From Gemmatimonas sp. (GTDB lineage Bacteria > Gemmatimonadota > Gemmatimonadetes > Gemmatimonadales > Gemmatimonadaceae), in contig OZ257156.1 in NCBI GenBank assembly GCA_965279375.1, positions 192,001 to 256,000 of the forward strand: a stretch of DNA of 64,000 nt, read 5' to 3'. The position numbers and the translations under genes are program-made. Under the pieces are notes generated by a model. That model was not told the origin of the DNA. It did not search any database and saw only the letters and a list, made by a program, of their open reading frames with translations. Below, piece after piece: positions 49,300-59,231 of this stretch (within the stretch, counting starts at the first letter, position 1; each line of letters begins with the position of its first letter).

Positions 49300-51678
49300 C
49301 TATCGACCAGACGAATTCCTGGTGCGATTCTCGCTCTTCGCCTGCTGCAGTGCCGCCGCCAGTTTTGCCGCTTCTGCATTCGACGAATCGAGGGCGAGCG
49401 ACCGTCGCACCGAGCGCTCCGCCCCGGCGAGATCCCCCTGCTTGAGCCTCGCCAGCGCGAGCTGGAAATGCCCCAACGCCAAGCCGGGATCGCGCGCCAG
49501 CGCTCTCTCAAACGCCGGGATCGCCTCGGCCGCATCGCCCTCGCGCAGCAGGCTGGTGCCGAGGTTGAGGTACCCAAGCGCCGCAGTCGGGTCGAGCGAC
49601 GTCGCACGCCGATAGGCCGCCATCGCTCCCGCCACATCGCCCCCCTGCTCGAGCGCGATCCCCAGATTCACCTCGGCCATCGGCTGCCGCTGATCACTGC
49701 GCAGCGACTGCTGATACGCCTCGATGGCGGAGCGTGTGTCACCGGACCCCGAGTAGGCCAAGCCGAGATTGAGCAGGAGCGCCGCGTCGCCGGGCGCGAC
49801 CTCCAGTCCCTTGCGATACGCCGCCACCGCTCGCGTCGCGTCGCCCGCATTGCGCGCCGCATCACCAAGGCCGCCCAGCACGATCACCCACCGACGCCGA
49901 ACCGGTCCGTCCACGCTGCCCAACGCCGCGATCTGTTCCCGCAGGAAGCTGCGCGTCGACCGATCGTGGCCGTGCGCGAAGTGCAGCGTCGCCAGCGCCA
50001 GCGCGCGCACGTCGAGATCCGCGCTTTCGGCCAGCGAGCGCAACGATGTCAGCGCTGTCGACGGCACCGACGCCATGTCCGGCGCGGCAAAGCGCTCGAG
50101 CCACTGCGCCATCCCCGCCACCTGCGCCGTCGCATTGCGCGACGCCGGCTGCAACAGCAACGGCGAGGCCGACGCAAGATCAGCCGTCGCACGTGCCGCC
50201 AACGCGCCAGCCACCGCCGCCTCATGCGGCTTGAGCTCTCCCCACCACGCCTTCACCTGCTCAGTGTGCTTCGCCTCGCTCGTGCTGGCATGACACGACG
50301 CGCACGCACTCGTGATCCCCAACGACGAATCCAGCGACGGACGCGGAATGGCGATCGAGTGATCCGACCGCGCGTAGCGAATCGCGCGCCCCAACTCATG
50401 CTCCTGCTGGTACGGCATGTGGCAGGACGTGCATCGGCTGCCCGCCGAGCTGGGCGCGTGCCTGGTGTGCGCCTGCACGTTCACTGCTTTGCTGGCGTGA
50501 CAGCTCGTGCACTGCCGATCGTCGGTGCGGCCGGGAATCGGCTCGCCGTCGGCGGTGCGATAGCCTTGGCTGTGCGGATCATGACACGACGTGCACGTCA
50601 TCCCGCCGTTGCGATAGCAGTCGCTGGCGTAGTGCCCTTCCTGATAGGCAAAGCTGCGCGTGCGTCCATCCGCCGTCAGCGGTTCATCACCCAACTGCGA
50701 CAAGCGCACGGCATAGTACTCGGCCAGCGGCACCCCCGGCTTCCAGCGCGGCGCGAGACGGTCTTTCAGCGCATGACAGGCCATGCAGGTGGTGAGCGAC
50801 TGCTCCTTGTCCTGCGTGACCAACGACGTGAGACCGATGTCCGCCGTCGGCGCCGCCCCCGAACGCATGAGCGTGACGTGACGCGCGGCGGGACCATGAC
50901 ATGACTCGCAGTTGATCGCGAAGCCGTTGCGTGACGTGTTCCAGCGCGACTGCGTGCTGTCGTACGCGAGATCGATCTGACTGCCATGACACGACTGGCA
51001 GTTGCTGAAGCGCGCATCGTCGCCGAGTACGCGCGTGGGCGGCCAGTCGCCGCAGTCGGCCAGGCGCAGCGAAGCGGTGATGGGAAGCCAGCCCTTGTCG
51101 GCGCGCGTGCCGGTGTTGCAGAACCAGACGCGCCCTTGCCGACTCCAGTCGAACGGGAGAAAACGCAGCGTGCCATCCGCATGCTTACTGGCGAATCCCT
51201 GCGTGCCACCGCCTTCCATGTGTCCGCCGCCAATGACGGCATCGACGATCAGTGAGGTGTCGCGTTCACCGGCGCGCTGCACCACGAACGAGAATACGCC
51301 GCCCTGCTGTCGCGGAATCACAGTCGCGTCGCGGAAGCGCAGCGGTGCGCCGTTAAACGCCGCGATGACAGGCACACTTCCCGGCGTGCCTCCCGCCTTG
51401 CCGTGCGTCGAGCGACGCCACGCCGTGAACTGCTCGGCGTGACACGATTCGCAGGTGGCAGATCCGGCGAACGCGGCAGCCGCGGGCGCTGCAGGGACGG
51501 GTGGCAACGCCGCCTCTGTCAGCGGCACGATCGCTCCATTCGATGACGCCGCGCTCTCTGTCGACTTGAACTTGAACACCGCCAGCAGCGCGACCACACC
51601 CAGCAACGCTACGCCAAGAATCAGTGGCGCACGGCGGCCGCGCGGAACCTTCTCCGAAGGCTTCTTGTCGCGACTCAT
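49300..51678 (-). CDS. Multiheme (8 CxxCH) c-type cytochrome with C-terminal TPR repeats
   Basis: CESCH, CQSCH, CESCH, CMACH, CTSCH x3 and CASCH; N-terminal TM; TPRs; ATGA overlap with the upstream gene. Confidence 0.9.
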   Translation of the reverse strand: MSRDKKPSEKVPRGRRAPLILGVALLGVVALLAVFKFKSTESAASSNGAIVPLTEAALPPVPAAPAAAAFAGSATCESCHAEQFTAWRRSTHGKAGGTPGSVPVIAAFNGAPLRFRDATVIPRQQGGVFSFVVQRAGERDTSLIVDAVIGGGHMEGGGTQGFASKHADGTLRFLPFDWSRQGRVWFCNTGTRADKGWLPITASLRLADCGDWPPTRVLGDDARFSNCQSCHGSQIDLAYDSTQSRWNTSRNGFAINCESCHGPAARHVTLMRSGAAPTADIGLTSLVTQDKEQSLTTCMACHALKDRLAPRWKPGVPLAEYYAVRLSQLGDEPLTADGRTRSFAYQEGHYASDCYRNGGMTCTSCHDPHSQGYRTADGEPIPGRTDDRQCTSCHASKAVNVQAHTRHAPSSAGSRCTSCHMPYQQEHELGRAIRYARSDHSIAIPRPSLDSSLGITSACASCHASTSEAKHTEQVKAWWGELKPHEAAVAGALAARATADLASASPLLLQPASRNATAQVAGMAQWLERFAAPDMASVPSTALTSLRSLAESADLDVRALALATLHFAHGHDRSTRSFLREQIAALGSVDGPVRRRWVIVLGGLGDAARNAGDATRAVAAYRKGLEVAPGDAALLLNLGLAYSGSGDTRSAIEAYQQSLRSDQRQPMAEVNLGIALEQGGDVAGAMAAYRRATSLDPTAALGYLNLGTSLLREGDAAEAIPAFERALARDPGLALGHFQLALARLKQGDLAGAERSVRRSLALDSSNAEAAKLAAALQQAKSENRTRNSSGR

Positions 51679-52382
51679 GCGCCCCCCACGCTGCGTGACC
51701 ACGCAGGCCCCTCGCACTTGCACAGCGTGCGGATATAGCGCACGAGTCGCGTGATCTCGGCGGCGGAGAGCGTACCACCGAACGCGGGCATGCGCGCGCT
51801 CCGGTTCATGATCGCACCACCGCCGTGAATCGTGTCGAAGAGCGCATCATCGCTGCGCAACGACGTCATCGCCGCATCGGAATGCTTGGCCGGCGCCACG
51901 GGCAGGTTTGCGGCATTGGGACCGTCCCCCTTCCCCGCCGCGCCATGACAGCCGGCACACCAACGGACATAGAGCGCGGCGGCACTGGTGTCCGTGTTGG
52001 TTGCTGCGGCCATGGTGGGCGTAAAGGAGGCCGACGGATCGCCGCCCAGATAGCGAATGAGCAGCGTCCGCTCGCTCTCGCGCATCCGCTCGCGCGGCAT
52101 CGCGGCACCCGGCACGACCCGCTGCGGATCGGAGATGATGGCCGCGATGTAGGCGGGTGATCGTCTTGCCCGCACATCGTCGAGCGCCGGGGCGAGCTTG
52201 CCCCCCTTTCCGCCCATCGCGTGACACCCGAGGCAGCCGCGCTTGTCCTGCAACAGCTGCTCGGCCTTGGCCCTGGCAAATGGTGAGAGCGCCGACGGTC
52301 CCGCGGCAGACTGTGCCTCAAGCGACAGGGGCTGCGCAAACAGCAGCGAGGAGAGGAGCAGAACGGATGAGAACGCGCGCAT
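51675..52382 (-). CDS. Diheme c-type cytochrome
   Basis: Signal peptide; CLGCH...AMP and CAGCHG..GKGDG...RMPAF; TATGCT 7 nt before the ATG. Confidence 0.9.
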   Translation of the reverse strand: MRAFSSVLLLSSLLFAQPLSLEAQSAAGPSALSPFARAKAEQLLQDKRGCLGCHAMGGKGGKLAPALDDVRARRSPAYIAAIISDPQRVVPGAAMPRERMRESERTLLIRYLGGDPSASFTPTMAAATNTDTSAAALYVRWCAGCHGAAGKGDGPNAANLPVAPAKHSDAAMTSLRSDDALFDTIHGGGAIMNRSARMPAFGGTLSAAEITRLVRYIRTLCKCEGPAWSRSVGGA

Positions 52383-52417
52383 TGCGCACAGCATACGCGC
52401 TGCGTAATTCATTGGCC

Positions 52418-52663
52418 ATGCCAATCTACGAGTACGTCTGCACTGCCTGCCAGCACGAGTTCGAGACGCTGGTGCTCGGTGGCCGGGTTCCCGCCTGTCC
52501 CGCGTGCAACAGCGAGGCGCTGGAGCGACTACTGTCGCTGCCGAACGTGAAGTCTGAAACGACGCACGGACTGGCGATGCGCGCGGCGAAGCGACGAGAT
52601 CAGAAGTCGGGGAATGAGCGCATGCAGGAGCAACGGATTTACGAGCAGAGCCACGACGATTGA
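52418..52663 (+). CDS. FmdB-family zinc-ribbon protein
   Basis: MPIYEYVCTACQHEFE...CPAC. Confidence 0.9.
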   Translation: MPIYEYVCTACQHEFETLVLGGRVPACPACNSEALERLLSLPNVKSETTHGLAMRAAKRRDQKSGNERMQEQRIYEQSHDD

Positions 52664-52667
52664 AACT

Positions 52668-52697
52668 GCGGATGTAAGCGGATGTAAGCGGGCGTAA
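52668..52697. repeat. Tandem 10-mer (GCGGATGTAA)2 GCGGGCGTAA
   Basis: Directly visible; abuts the foldback element. Confidence 0.8.
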
Positions 52698-52957
52698 CCG
52701 GTGACCGGTCACGCCGTTCGCTCCACTCAAGACTGCCCACTCACCACTCGCGACTCGAAACAGAGGAGTGTCAGCGCGGCGGCAGGGCGCAGTGGCCAGT
52801 CCCCGGTTCAGAGTCTTTCACTCAGATCAGGCGGGGTCGAGGACCGCCAACCCGACACCACCCTGTCGCGGGTCTCGGGTGGTGAGTGGCGGGAGATCAG
52901 TGGAGCGAACGGCGTGTCCAGTGACCGAACAACGAACGGCGTGACCGGTCACCGAAC
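52694..52957. mobile_element. 237-bp foldback element, copy 2, with duplicated right end
   Basis: ~90% identical to 13048-13284; the right-end unit is repeated at 52907-52930 and 52934-52957. Confidence 0.7.
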
Positions 52958-53001
52958 AGCAAACATCGTCACCGGCGACCCGTTACGCTTGGCTCAAACG
53001 A

Positions 53002-53033
53002 AACGCGCCACGCTGCGAGCAGCGTGGCGCGTT
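53002..53033 (-). terminator. Hairpin terminator after the ankyrin gene
   Basis: AACGCGCCACGCTG-cgag-CAGCGTGGCGCGTT followed on the minus strand by a T-rich tract. Confidence 0.75.
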
Positions 53034-53058
53034 CCTCGTTCACCAACCGACGACTACC

Positions 53059-55095
53059 TCAGCACGACTTGCACTTGTTGCTGTTCACCGCACCAAGTCG
53101 CACGAGGAAATCCACCGTTTCCACGAAAGGCGGAATGCGCTGCACCGGCCCGTTCGCCATGTCGGCCGTCGTCTGCCCCTTGCGGCTGATCGCCTTCACG
53201 TCGGCGCCCTTGCTCACCAGATACGCGATGAGCACCGTGTCGCCGCGCGCGGCCGCGTGGTGCACCGCGTTGTAGCCGTTGAAGTCCCGCGCGTTCACGT
53301 CCATGTGCAGCTCTTCCACCAGGTACTTCACGGCGGGGAGCCAGCTATCCGGCGCGTGGCGGTGCGAGTTGGCAGCAAAGCCTTCGCCGTAGCCCACGCC
53401 AGACGCCGCGTGAATCGCCAGGACACCGGGGCCGCCCGCAGGAACCGGCGCCAACCCCGACGGATCCTTGTTGGGGTCTCCGGCGGCGTCATCCGGCGAC
53501 GCATCGGCGTTGAAGCTGCGACCGGCCGGCTTAAGCGTCGGGAGATTCACATCGGCGCCGTACTTCACAAGTAGCTTCATCGCTTCGACGTCCGTGCCGT
53601 ACGCAGCGCGCCAGAACGGCGTCGCGCCCGTGGTATTCACGCCGAGCAGGTCGAAGTTGTACGACATGTACCAGAGGTGCTTGTTGAGGCGCGCGTTGAC
53701 GTCGGCACCGGCCTTGATCAGCGCTTCCATCAGCTCTAGGTACGTCGTCTGCTGCTGCAGCTGCGCCGTCGGCTGCGGGTAGAGCGACTTGGCCGCCCAC
53801 TGCACGTTGATGACCGTATAGAGCGGCGTCGCGCCCGCGTCGCTGGCCAGCTTGGGGTTCGCACCCTTCTCCAGCAGCGTCTTGGCCAGATCGAAGCGGC
53901 CATTGATCGTCGCCATCAGGAGAGGGCTCGTATGATCGCCCGCGCTCACCTGATTGATGTCCGCGCCGGCCTTGAGCAGTGCGTTCACCGACTCCGCGCT
54001 GCCCTGACGCACCGCGAACAGGAGCGGCGTCAGGCCGCCCTTGTTGCCCACCAGATCGCCGTAGCTCCCGGAGCCGTTGATACGACCGCCCGTCGAGTCG
54101 CCACCGGCCGCTGCCGGCCCTGCGCCACGACCACCGGCGGCAGGTCCAGCCGCCACGCGCGGCGCCGCACTATCACCACGCATCGCACGCGCGGGACCAC
54201 CGGCCGTTGCTGACGGCGCTGCCGCTGACGGCGCTGCCGCTGCGGGCTTTGCCGCTGCGGGCTTTTCCGCGGACGGCGCCGACGGAGCGGATGGCGTCGG
54301 CGCAGGCGCTGCCGCCGCGACGGCAACAGGTGCGGGCGCCGGTGTCGCTACTGCGCCCGGCGCGCCGGCAGGACCGCCCGCTGGATTGCCCGGCGTGCCA
54401 GCGCCGCGCGGGGGGGCCTCGGCCGATTTCATCGCGGCCACGCGCCGTGCGCGAAGCCCCAGTGCCAAGCGGTCCGCACGCTCGCGCGCGGCCACGTCTT
54501 CGATCTTGGACGCCGCCTTGATGTCGGCACCCTTGGCGATCAACAGCTCCACCGCGCCCGCGCGATTCGCTGCCGCCGCCCACATGAGTGGCGTCTGTCC
54601 GAACGCGGTCTCCTTGGCATCGATCTTGGCACCCGCCGCGATCAGCGCTGCGACCGCCTCCACATTCCCCTGCTCTGCCGCGAAGTGCAGCGGCGTGGCA
54701 CCGCCAGACGTCGTGACGACGTTGGCGTTCGCGCCCGCAGCCAGCAGCGCCTTGACCGTGGCAGCCTTGCCCGCTTTGGCAGCCAGATGCAGCGGCGTGT
54801 AGTTGCCGTTGCGCGTGGCCACTTCGAGACGCGCACCCGCCGTGATGAGCATGCTGGTTAACCGTGCATCACCGCGCGCGGCCGCCCAGTGCAGCGCCGT
54901 CATGCCGTCCGGCTGCGCGGCATTCGCATCGATGCCCTGCTTGAGCAGGATGCGCACGGACATCGAGTCCCCGCGCATCACCGCATCGGCCACCGGCGAT
55001 TCGGTGCGATCGTAGGTCCGCGTCGGCGTCGCCGCCGACAGCAGCACGATGGCGCCGATCGACGCGGCGCCGAGGAGGAAGCGGTTGTTACGCAT
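53059..55095 (-). CDS. Exported ankyrin-repeat protein
   Basis: GMTALHWAA, TPLHLAA, TPLHFAA and TPLMWAA repeats; Ala/Pro/Gly linker; overlaps the DUF1552 stop. Confidence 0.92.
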   Translation of the reverse strand: MRNNRFLLGAASIGAIVLLSAATPTRTYDRTESPVADAVMRGDSMSVRILLKQGIDANAAQPDGMTALHWAAARGDARLTSMLITAGARLEVATRNGNYTPLHLAAKAGKAATVKALLAAGANANVVTTSGGATPLHFAAEQGNVEAVAALIAAGAKIDAKETAFGQTPLMWAAAANRAGAVELLIAKGADIKAASKIEDVAARERADRLALGLRARRVAAMKSAEAPPRGAGTPGNPAGGPAGAPGAVATPAPAPVAVAAAAPAPTPSAPSAPSAEKPAAAKPAAAAPSAAAPSATAGGPARAMRGDSAAPRVAAGPAAGGRGAGPAAAGGDSTGGRINGSGSYGDLVGNKGGLTPLLFAVRQGSAESVNALLKAGADINQVSAGDHTSPLLMATINGRFDLAKTLLEKGANPKLASDAGATPLYTVINVQWAAKSLYPQPTAQLQQQTTYLELMEALIKAGADVNARLNKHLWYMSYNFDLLGVNTTGATPFWRAAYGTDVEAMKLLVKYGADVNLPTLKPAGRSFNADASPDDAAGDPNKDPSGLAPVPAGGPGVLAIHAASGVGYGEGFAANSHRHAPDSWLPAVKYLVEELHMDVNARDFNGYNAVHHAAARGDTVLIAYLVSKGADVKAISRKGQTTADMANGPVQRIPPFVETVDFLVRLGAVNSNKCKSC
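54209..54283. repeat. In-frame 15-bp tandem repeats in the ankyrin linker
   Basis: (GCTGACGGCGCTGCC)2 (GCTGCGGGCTTTKCC)2, encoding KPAAA/APSAA units. Confidence 0.75.
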
Positions 55096-56476
55096 TGGCG
55101 CGGAGAGTGAGCGGTCCCGTGCTGTCGCCCAGGCTCTTCTGGTCGTTCATGCCCAGGCTGTGCATCACGCTCAACATCGCGTTCGCCATCGGCGTGCCGT
55201 CCGGCGCCTTGATGTGCGTGTTGCCTTCGATCGTGCCACCGGCGTGCCCGAGGAGAATGAGCGGGCAGCGGCGGTGATTGTGCAAGTTCGAATCGCTCAT
55301 CGGCGAGCCGTACATGACGAGCGTCTTGTCGAGCATCGTCTGATCGCCTTCGGTGATCGCCTTGAGCTTGTCGAGGAAGTACGGGAGCATCGCGACATGA
55401 TACTTGTTGATCATGTTGAACTCCTTGACGCCCTTTTCCGTGCCGCCGTGGTGCGACGCCGGATGGAACGGCTTGTCCGAGCCGCTTTCCGCGTACACAC
55501 GGCTCGAGCCGTCGCGACCCATCTTGAACGAGAAGACGCGCGTGATGTCGGCCGCGAAGGCCAAGGCCTGCAGGTCGAACATCAACTCGACGTGCTCCTT
55601 GAACGAGTCAGGCACGCCGGCCGGCGCTTCCGGCAACTCACGCACTTCACCGCTCTTGTTGCGCGCTTCGATGCGCTGAATGCGACGCTCGACTTCGCGG
55701 ATGTCTTCGAGATACTTGTCGAGACGATTGCGGTCGTCCGCCGCCAGCGACGACTTGAGCGACTTCATTTCGCCCGCGACGAAATCGAGAATGCTGCGAC
55801 GCGTCATGCGGCGTTCGGCGCGCTCCGCACTCGAACCACCGACGCCGAACAGCTTTTCGAACGCCACGCGCGGATCACGAATGACCGGCAGCGGCTCCGT
55901 CGGAGACGACCAGGAAATCGAGTCGGTGTAGACGCAGGCGTAGCCGTAGGCGCAACCACCGGCCTGGTCCACGTTCTCGATGCACAGCTGCATCGAGGGG
56001 ATCGGGGTGTCCTGTCCGAAGCGCTGCGCGTAGAGCTGATCGAGCGACGTGCCGACGCGTACGTCGGAGCCTTCGGTCTGGCGCGCATGCGCCTGCGTGA
56101 GATACGTCGCGCTGGAGCGGAAATGGTCACCGCCCACTTCATTCGGAGAAAACGGCTCCGCCGAGCGCACGTCGGTGTTGCTGATGATCGTGAGGTGCTT
56201 GCGATACGCTTCCAGCGAATTGAGCGCCGTCGGGCTCAGGTCGTAGTTGCGTCCCGTCGCGGCAGGCGACCACAGGTTGAGCTTCGCGCCCAACTCGTTG
56301 CAGCCGGCCGCGCCGTGCACCATTTCGATCGCCACGAGACGCGGCGCGTCATTGACCTTGCGCCAGCCTCCGCGACCCGCGGGCATCATCGCATCGAGAT
56401 ACGGGAGCGCGATGGTCGCGCTGAGTCCCTGAACAAAGCTCCGTCGCGGGAGCGGCTTTCCACTCAGGTATTGCAT
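55088..56476 (-). CDS. DUF1552 protein with Tat signal
   Basis: LPRRSFVQG...LPYLDAM; SLDQ, CVYTDSISW, DITRV, HPASHH and SNLH. Confidence 0.9.
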   Translation of the reverse strand: MQYLSGKPLPRRSFVQGLSATIALPYLDAMMPAGRGGWRKVNDAPRLVAIEMVHGAAGCNELGAKLNLWSPAATGRNYDLSPTALNSLEAYRKHLTIISNTDVRSAEPFSPNEVGGDHFRSSATYLTQAHARQTEGSDVRVGTSLDQLYAQRFGQDTPIPSMQLCIENVDQAGGCAYGYACVYTDSISWSSPTEPLPVIRDPRVAFEKLFGVGGSSAERAERRMTRRSILDFVAGEMKSLKSSLAADDRNRLDKYLEDIREVERRIQRIEARNKSGEVRELPEAPAGVPDSFKEHVELMFDLQALAFAADITRVFSFKMGRDGSSRVYAESGSDKPFHPASHHGGTEKGVKEFNMINKYHVAMLPYFLDKLKAITEGDQTMLDKTLVMYGSPMSDSNLHNHRRCPLILLGHAGGTIEGNTHIKAPDGTPMANAMLSVMHSLGMNDQKSLGDSTGPLTLRANA

Positions 56477-56507
56477 GATCTCTGCGTCTCCGTGTGCGTT
56501 GGTAGGA

Positions 56508-59015
56508 TCAGCGGCTGCTGCCAGCCGCGTCCTGCGAGCCCGCGTCTGCGTTTACGACGGTTGCCTTCTTCATGCGGAACGCATCGCTCTTCACGACGCC
56601 CCACACCAGGTCCTGCATCCGATAGTTGCCCGCCTGTGCATCGGACACGATGCGGCGAATCGCGGGACCATCGTAGTACTCGACGCGGCGACCGACCGCG
56701 TACGCCATCAGGTTCTGCGTGAACGAGCGAATCATCGGGACGGGACGCTTGAGCAACGCCTTCTGCAGATCGGTCAGGCTGTTGATCTTCGTGCCGTCGT
56801 AGAAATCGCCACTCGCATCCACCGGTACGCCATTCTCACGGACGCGCCACTGACCGGTCACGTCAAAGTTGTCGAGCGCGAGACCGATCGGATCCATCAT
56901 GCGATGACACGAGCGGCACGACGGATTGTCGCGGTGCATCTCCATGCGCTCGCGTGTCGTGAGCATGCGGCCTTCCTTCGCTTCGGCCGTCTTCTCGAGA
57001 TCGGGTACATTTGGCGGCGGAGCCGGCGGCGGCGAGCCGATGAGCACTTCCATCACCCACTTGCCGCGCAACACCGGTGACGTGCGATTGGCGTGCGAGG
57101 TGAGCGTGAGAATGCTGCCATGCCCCATCAGACCGCTGCGCTTGTCGTCGACGTACTTCACCTTCCGGAACTCAGGGCCCGTCACGCCCGGGATACCGTA
57201 GTGTTCGGCCAACCGCTCGTTCACGAAAGTGTAGTTGGCGTTGTAGAGCTCGAGCGCGCTCTTGTTCTCGCGTACGATGCTGTTGAAGAACAGCTCCGTC
57301 TCGCGCTTCATGTCGTCGGCGAGCTGCTCGTGGAAGTTCGGAAACTGCAGCGCGTCCGGCGCCACCTTCTCGATATCCGACAGGCGCAACCACTGTGATG
57401 CGAAGCGCGTGGCCAGCGCCTCGGAGCGCGGATCGGCGAGCATGCGCTTGACCTGACCACGCAACACCGTCGTGTCCATCAGAGCGTTGCGACGTGCCAG
57501 CGACAGCAGCGCTGAGTCCGGGGCCGCGCCCCAGAGGAAGAACGACAACCGCGACGCGAGATCGGTGCTGCCGAGCGCGTACCGCTCGCCCGCCTTCACC
57601 GTCGTCGGCCGTGACTCGACGCGGAAGATGAAGTGCGGGCTGGCCAGCAACGCTTCGATCGCGGTGCGGATGCCGACTTCAAAGCCGCCCATCTTCGATC
57701 CAGTGTCGTAGAACGTCATCAGCGACTTCGTGTCCGTCAGCGACAGCGGGCGACGATACGCGTTCGCGCCGAGCCGGTTGATGATCTGCTCTGCGCACGG
57801 ACGCGCTTCGGCGGGGGACAACGGGCGGCAGCTGAAGATGCGCTTGCGGCTCACGGTCTCCGAGACGCCCGTCGGGTTGTACGGGCCGGAGATGCTGAAG
57901 TGCTGCAGATGCGCGCCGATCGTGATGCCCGACTGCGAGCCGATCTGCGTGTCCGCAATGCTGTGTCCGATCGGCGCGATGTTGTCGTTGACGGGACCTT
58001 CGAACGTGCGCACGAATGCCGCCGTCACCCGATGCGCACCGGCTCGCACCTGAATGGGCTTGGTGCGCATTTCCATGCCGTTCGGATCGGCCTGCGACAT
58101 GCCCCGATCGATCTCGAGCACGGCCGCGCGCTCACCATCGATGGATACTTCGACCTTCTCGTCGAACGGCGCCGTGGAGCCGTACAGCTGGCCCGTCGGA
58201 ATCGCGTGCAGCGAGACGGTGAAGATGTATTCGCCGTCGGCCGGGAAGTTGTGCACCGCCGACTCACCGCCGCGCGTGCCCTGCGGCGCACCGATTGCGG
58301 TTTCGGTCTGCGAGGCGAGACGTGCGAGCTTGTACGTGGTCGTCGACACACTCGCCGTCGGATCACCCACGGCGAGACGGCTGATCGCGCTGGCGGCATC
58401 GAGATACGCATCGAGCAGCGTCGCCGACGGCATCTGCGAGTCGGCGATGTTGTCGAAGTTCGCGCTCTTGGTGTCGAGCGGCAGCCACGAGCCCGCGTTG
58501 ACATCGATCGAGAGCAGGTCACGCACCGACCGCTCGTACTCGGCGCGATTCAACCGCTGAAAGGTGCGGCTCCCCGGATTCGGATTGGTCGCGGCCTTGG
58601 TGTCGATCAGGCGCTCGATCGTTTCGGTGAGCTGCTGCAAGGTGTCACCACCCGGACGCTCGCGACCGGCGGGCGGCATCATCCCCGTGCGCAGCTTGAC
58701 GATCACCTTCTCCGCGACTTCAGCAGAGTTCGCCGAGTTGGCGACGCTGAAATTCGCGAGGGAGAGATTGCCCAGGTGACGATTCTCGCTGTGGCACGAC
58801 TCGGCGCAGGTGCCGGCGACCACGTTGTTGAGCACGTCAACCGGAATCGCCTTGCCGCGCGTCTTGGGCGCGTGAGAGGTGACCGCACGCCGAACCGGCG
58901 TGGGTGTCGAGGGAGGAAGCGGACGTACGCGCGCCTTCTCTTTGGGTCCATCGTGGGCCGCCGAACCGGCGGCAACCAGCAGCACTCCTGCTGCGGCTAC
59001 TACGAGCGCCTTCAT
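56508..59015 (-). CDS. DUF1592-family (DUF1587/1595/1592/1588/1585) protein with cytochrome c motifs
   Basis: RLNRAEY..SVRDLL, LASRLSFFLW..PD, TSPVLRGKWV, CRSCH..MDPIG and N-terminal CAESCH...MPP. Confidence 0.9.
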   Translation of the reverse strand: MKALVVAAAGVLLVAAGSAAHDGPKEKARVRPLPPSTPTPVRRAVTSHAPKTRGKAIPVDVLNNVVAGTCAESCHSENRHLGNLSLANFSVANSANSAEVAEKVIVKLRTGMMPPAGRERPGGDTLQQLTETIERLIDTKAATNPNPGSRTFQRLNRAEYERSVRDLLSIDVNAGSWLPLDTKSANFDNIADSQMPSATLLDAYLDAASAISRLAVGDPTASVSTTTYKLARLASQTETAIGAPQGTRGGESAVHNFPADGEYIFTVSLHAIPTGQLYGSTAPFDEKVEVSIDGERAAVLEIDRGMSQADPNGMEMRTKPIQVRAGAHRVTAAFVRTFEGPVNDNIAPIGHSIADTQIGSQSGITIGAHLQHFSISGPYNPTGVSETVSRKRIFSCRPLSPAEARPCAEQIINRLGANAYRRPLSLTDTKSLMTFYDTGSKMGGFEVGIRTAIEALLASPHFIFRVESRPTTVKAGERYALGSTDLASRLSFFLWGAAPDSALLSLARRNALMDTTVLRGQVKRMLADPRSEALATRFASQWLRLSDIEKVAPDALQFPNFHEQLADDMKRETELFFNSIVRENKSALELYNANYTFVNERLAEHYGIPGVTGPEFRKVKYVDDKRSGLMGHGSILTLTSHANRTSPVLRGKWVMEVLIGSPPPAPPPNVPDLEKTAEAKEGRMLTTRERMEMHRDNPSCRSCHRMMDPIGLALDNFDVTGQWRVRENGVPVDASGDFYDGTKINSLTDLQKALLKRPVPMIRSFTQNLMAYAVGRRVEYYDGPAIRRIVSDAQAGNYRMQDLVWGVVKSDAFRMKKATVVNADAGSQDAAGSSR

Positions 59016-59231
59016 AACCCGGACCTCGAGGTCTTTGCGGCAAATAGGTGGGAGACAACGCTTTAAGCTGCCGTGCCGTTACCCTCTTGAGCAAGGGCAT
59101 CCGTCCCGTGCGGCTCACAAGGCGGCGGGGATCCGCTCTTGCCGGAGGGCCGACGGTGGCGCATTCTCTGCCCACCACCCTCCCCCCTGGTGTGAGTACG
59201 CAGTTCCTACCGAAAACGTGGAGCATCTCCC

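Noticed and set aside
52668..52975. Possible CRISPR array
   Set aside because: No regular repeat-spacer period and no cas genes; it is a foldback element with short tandem units.
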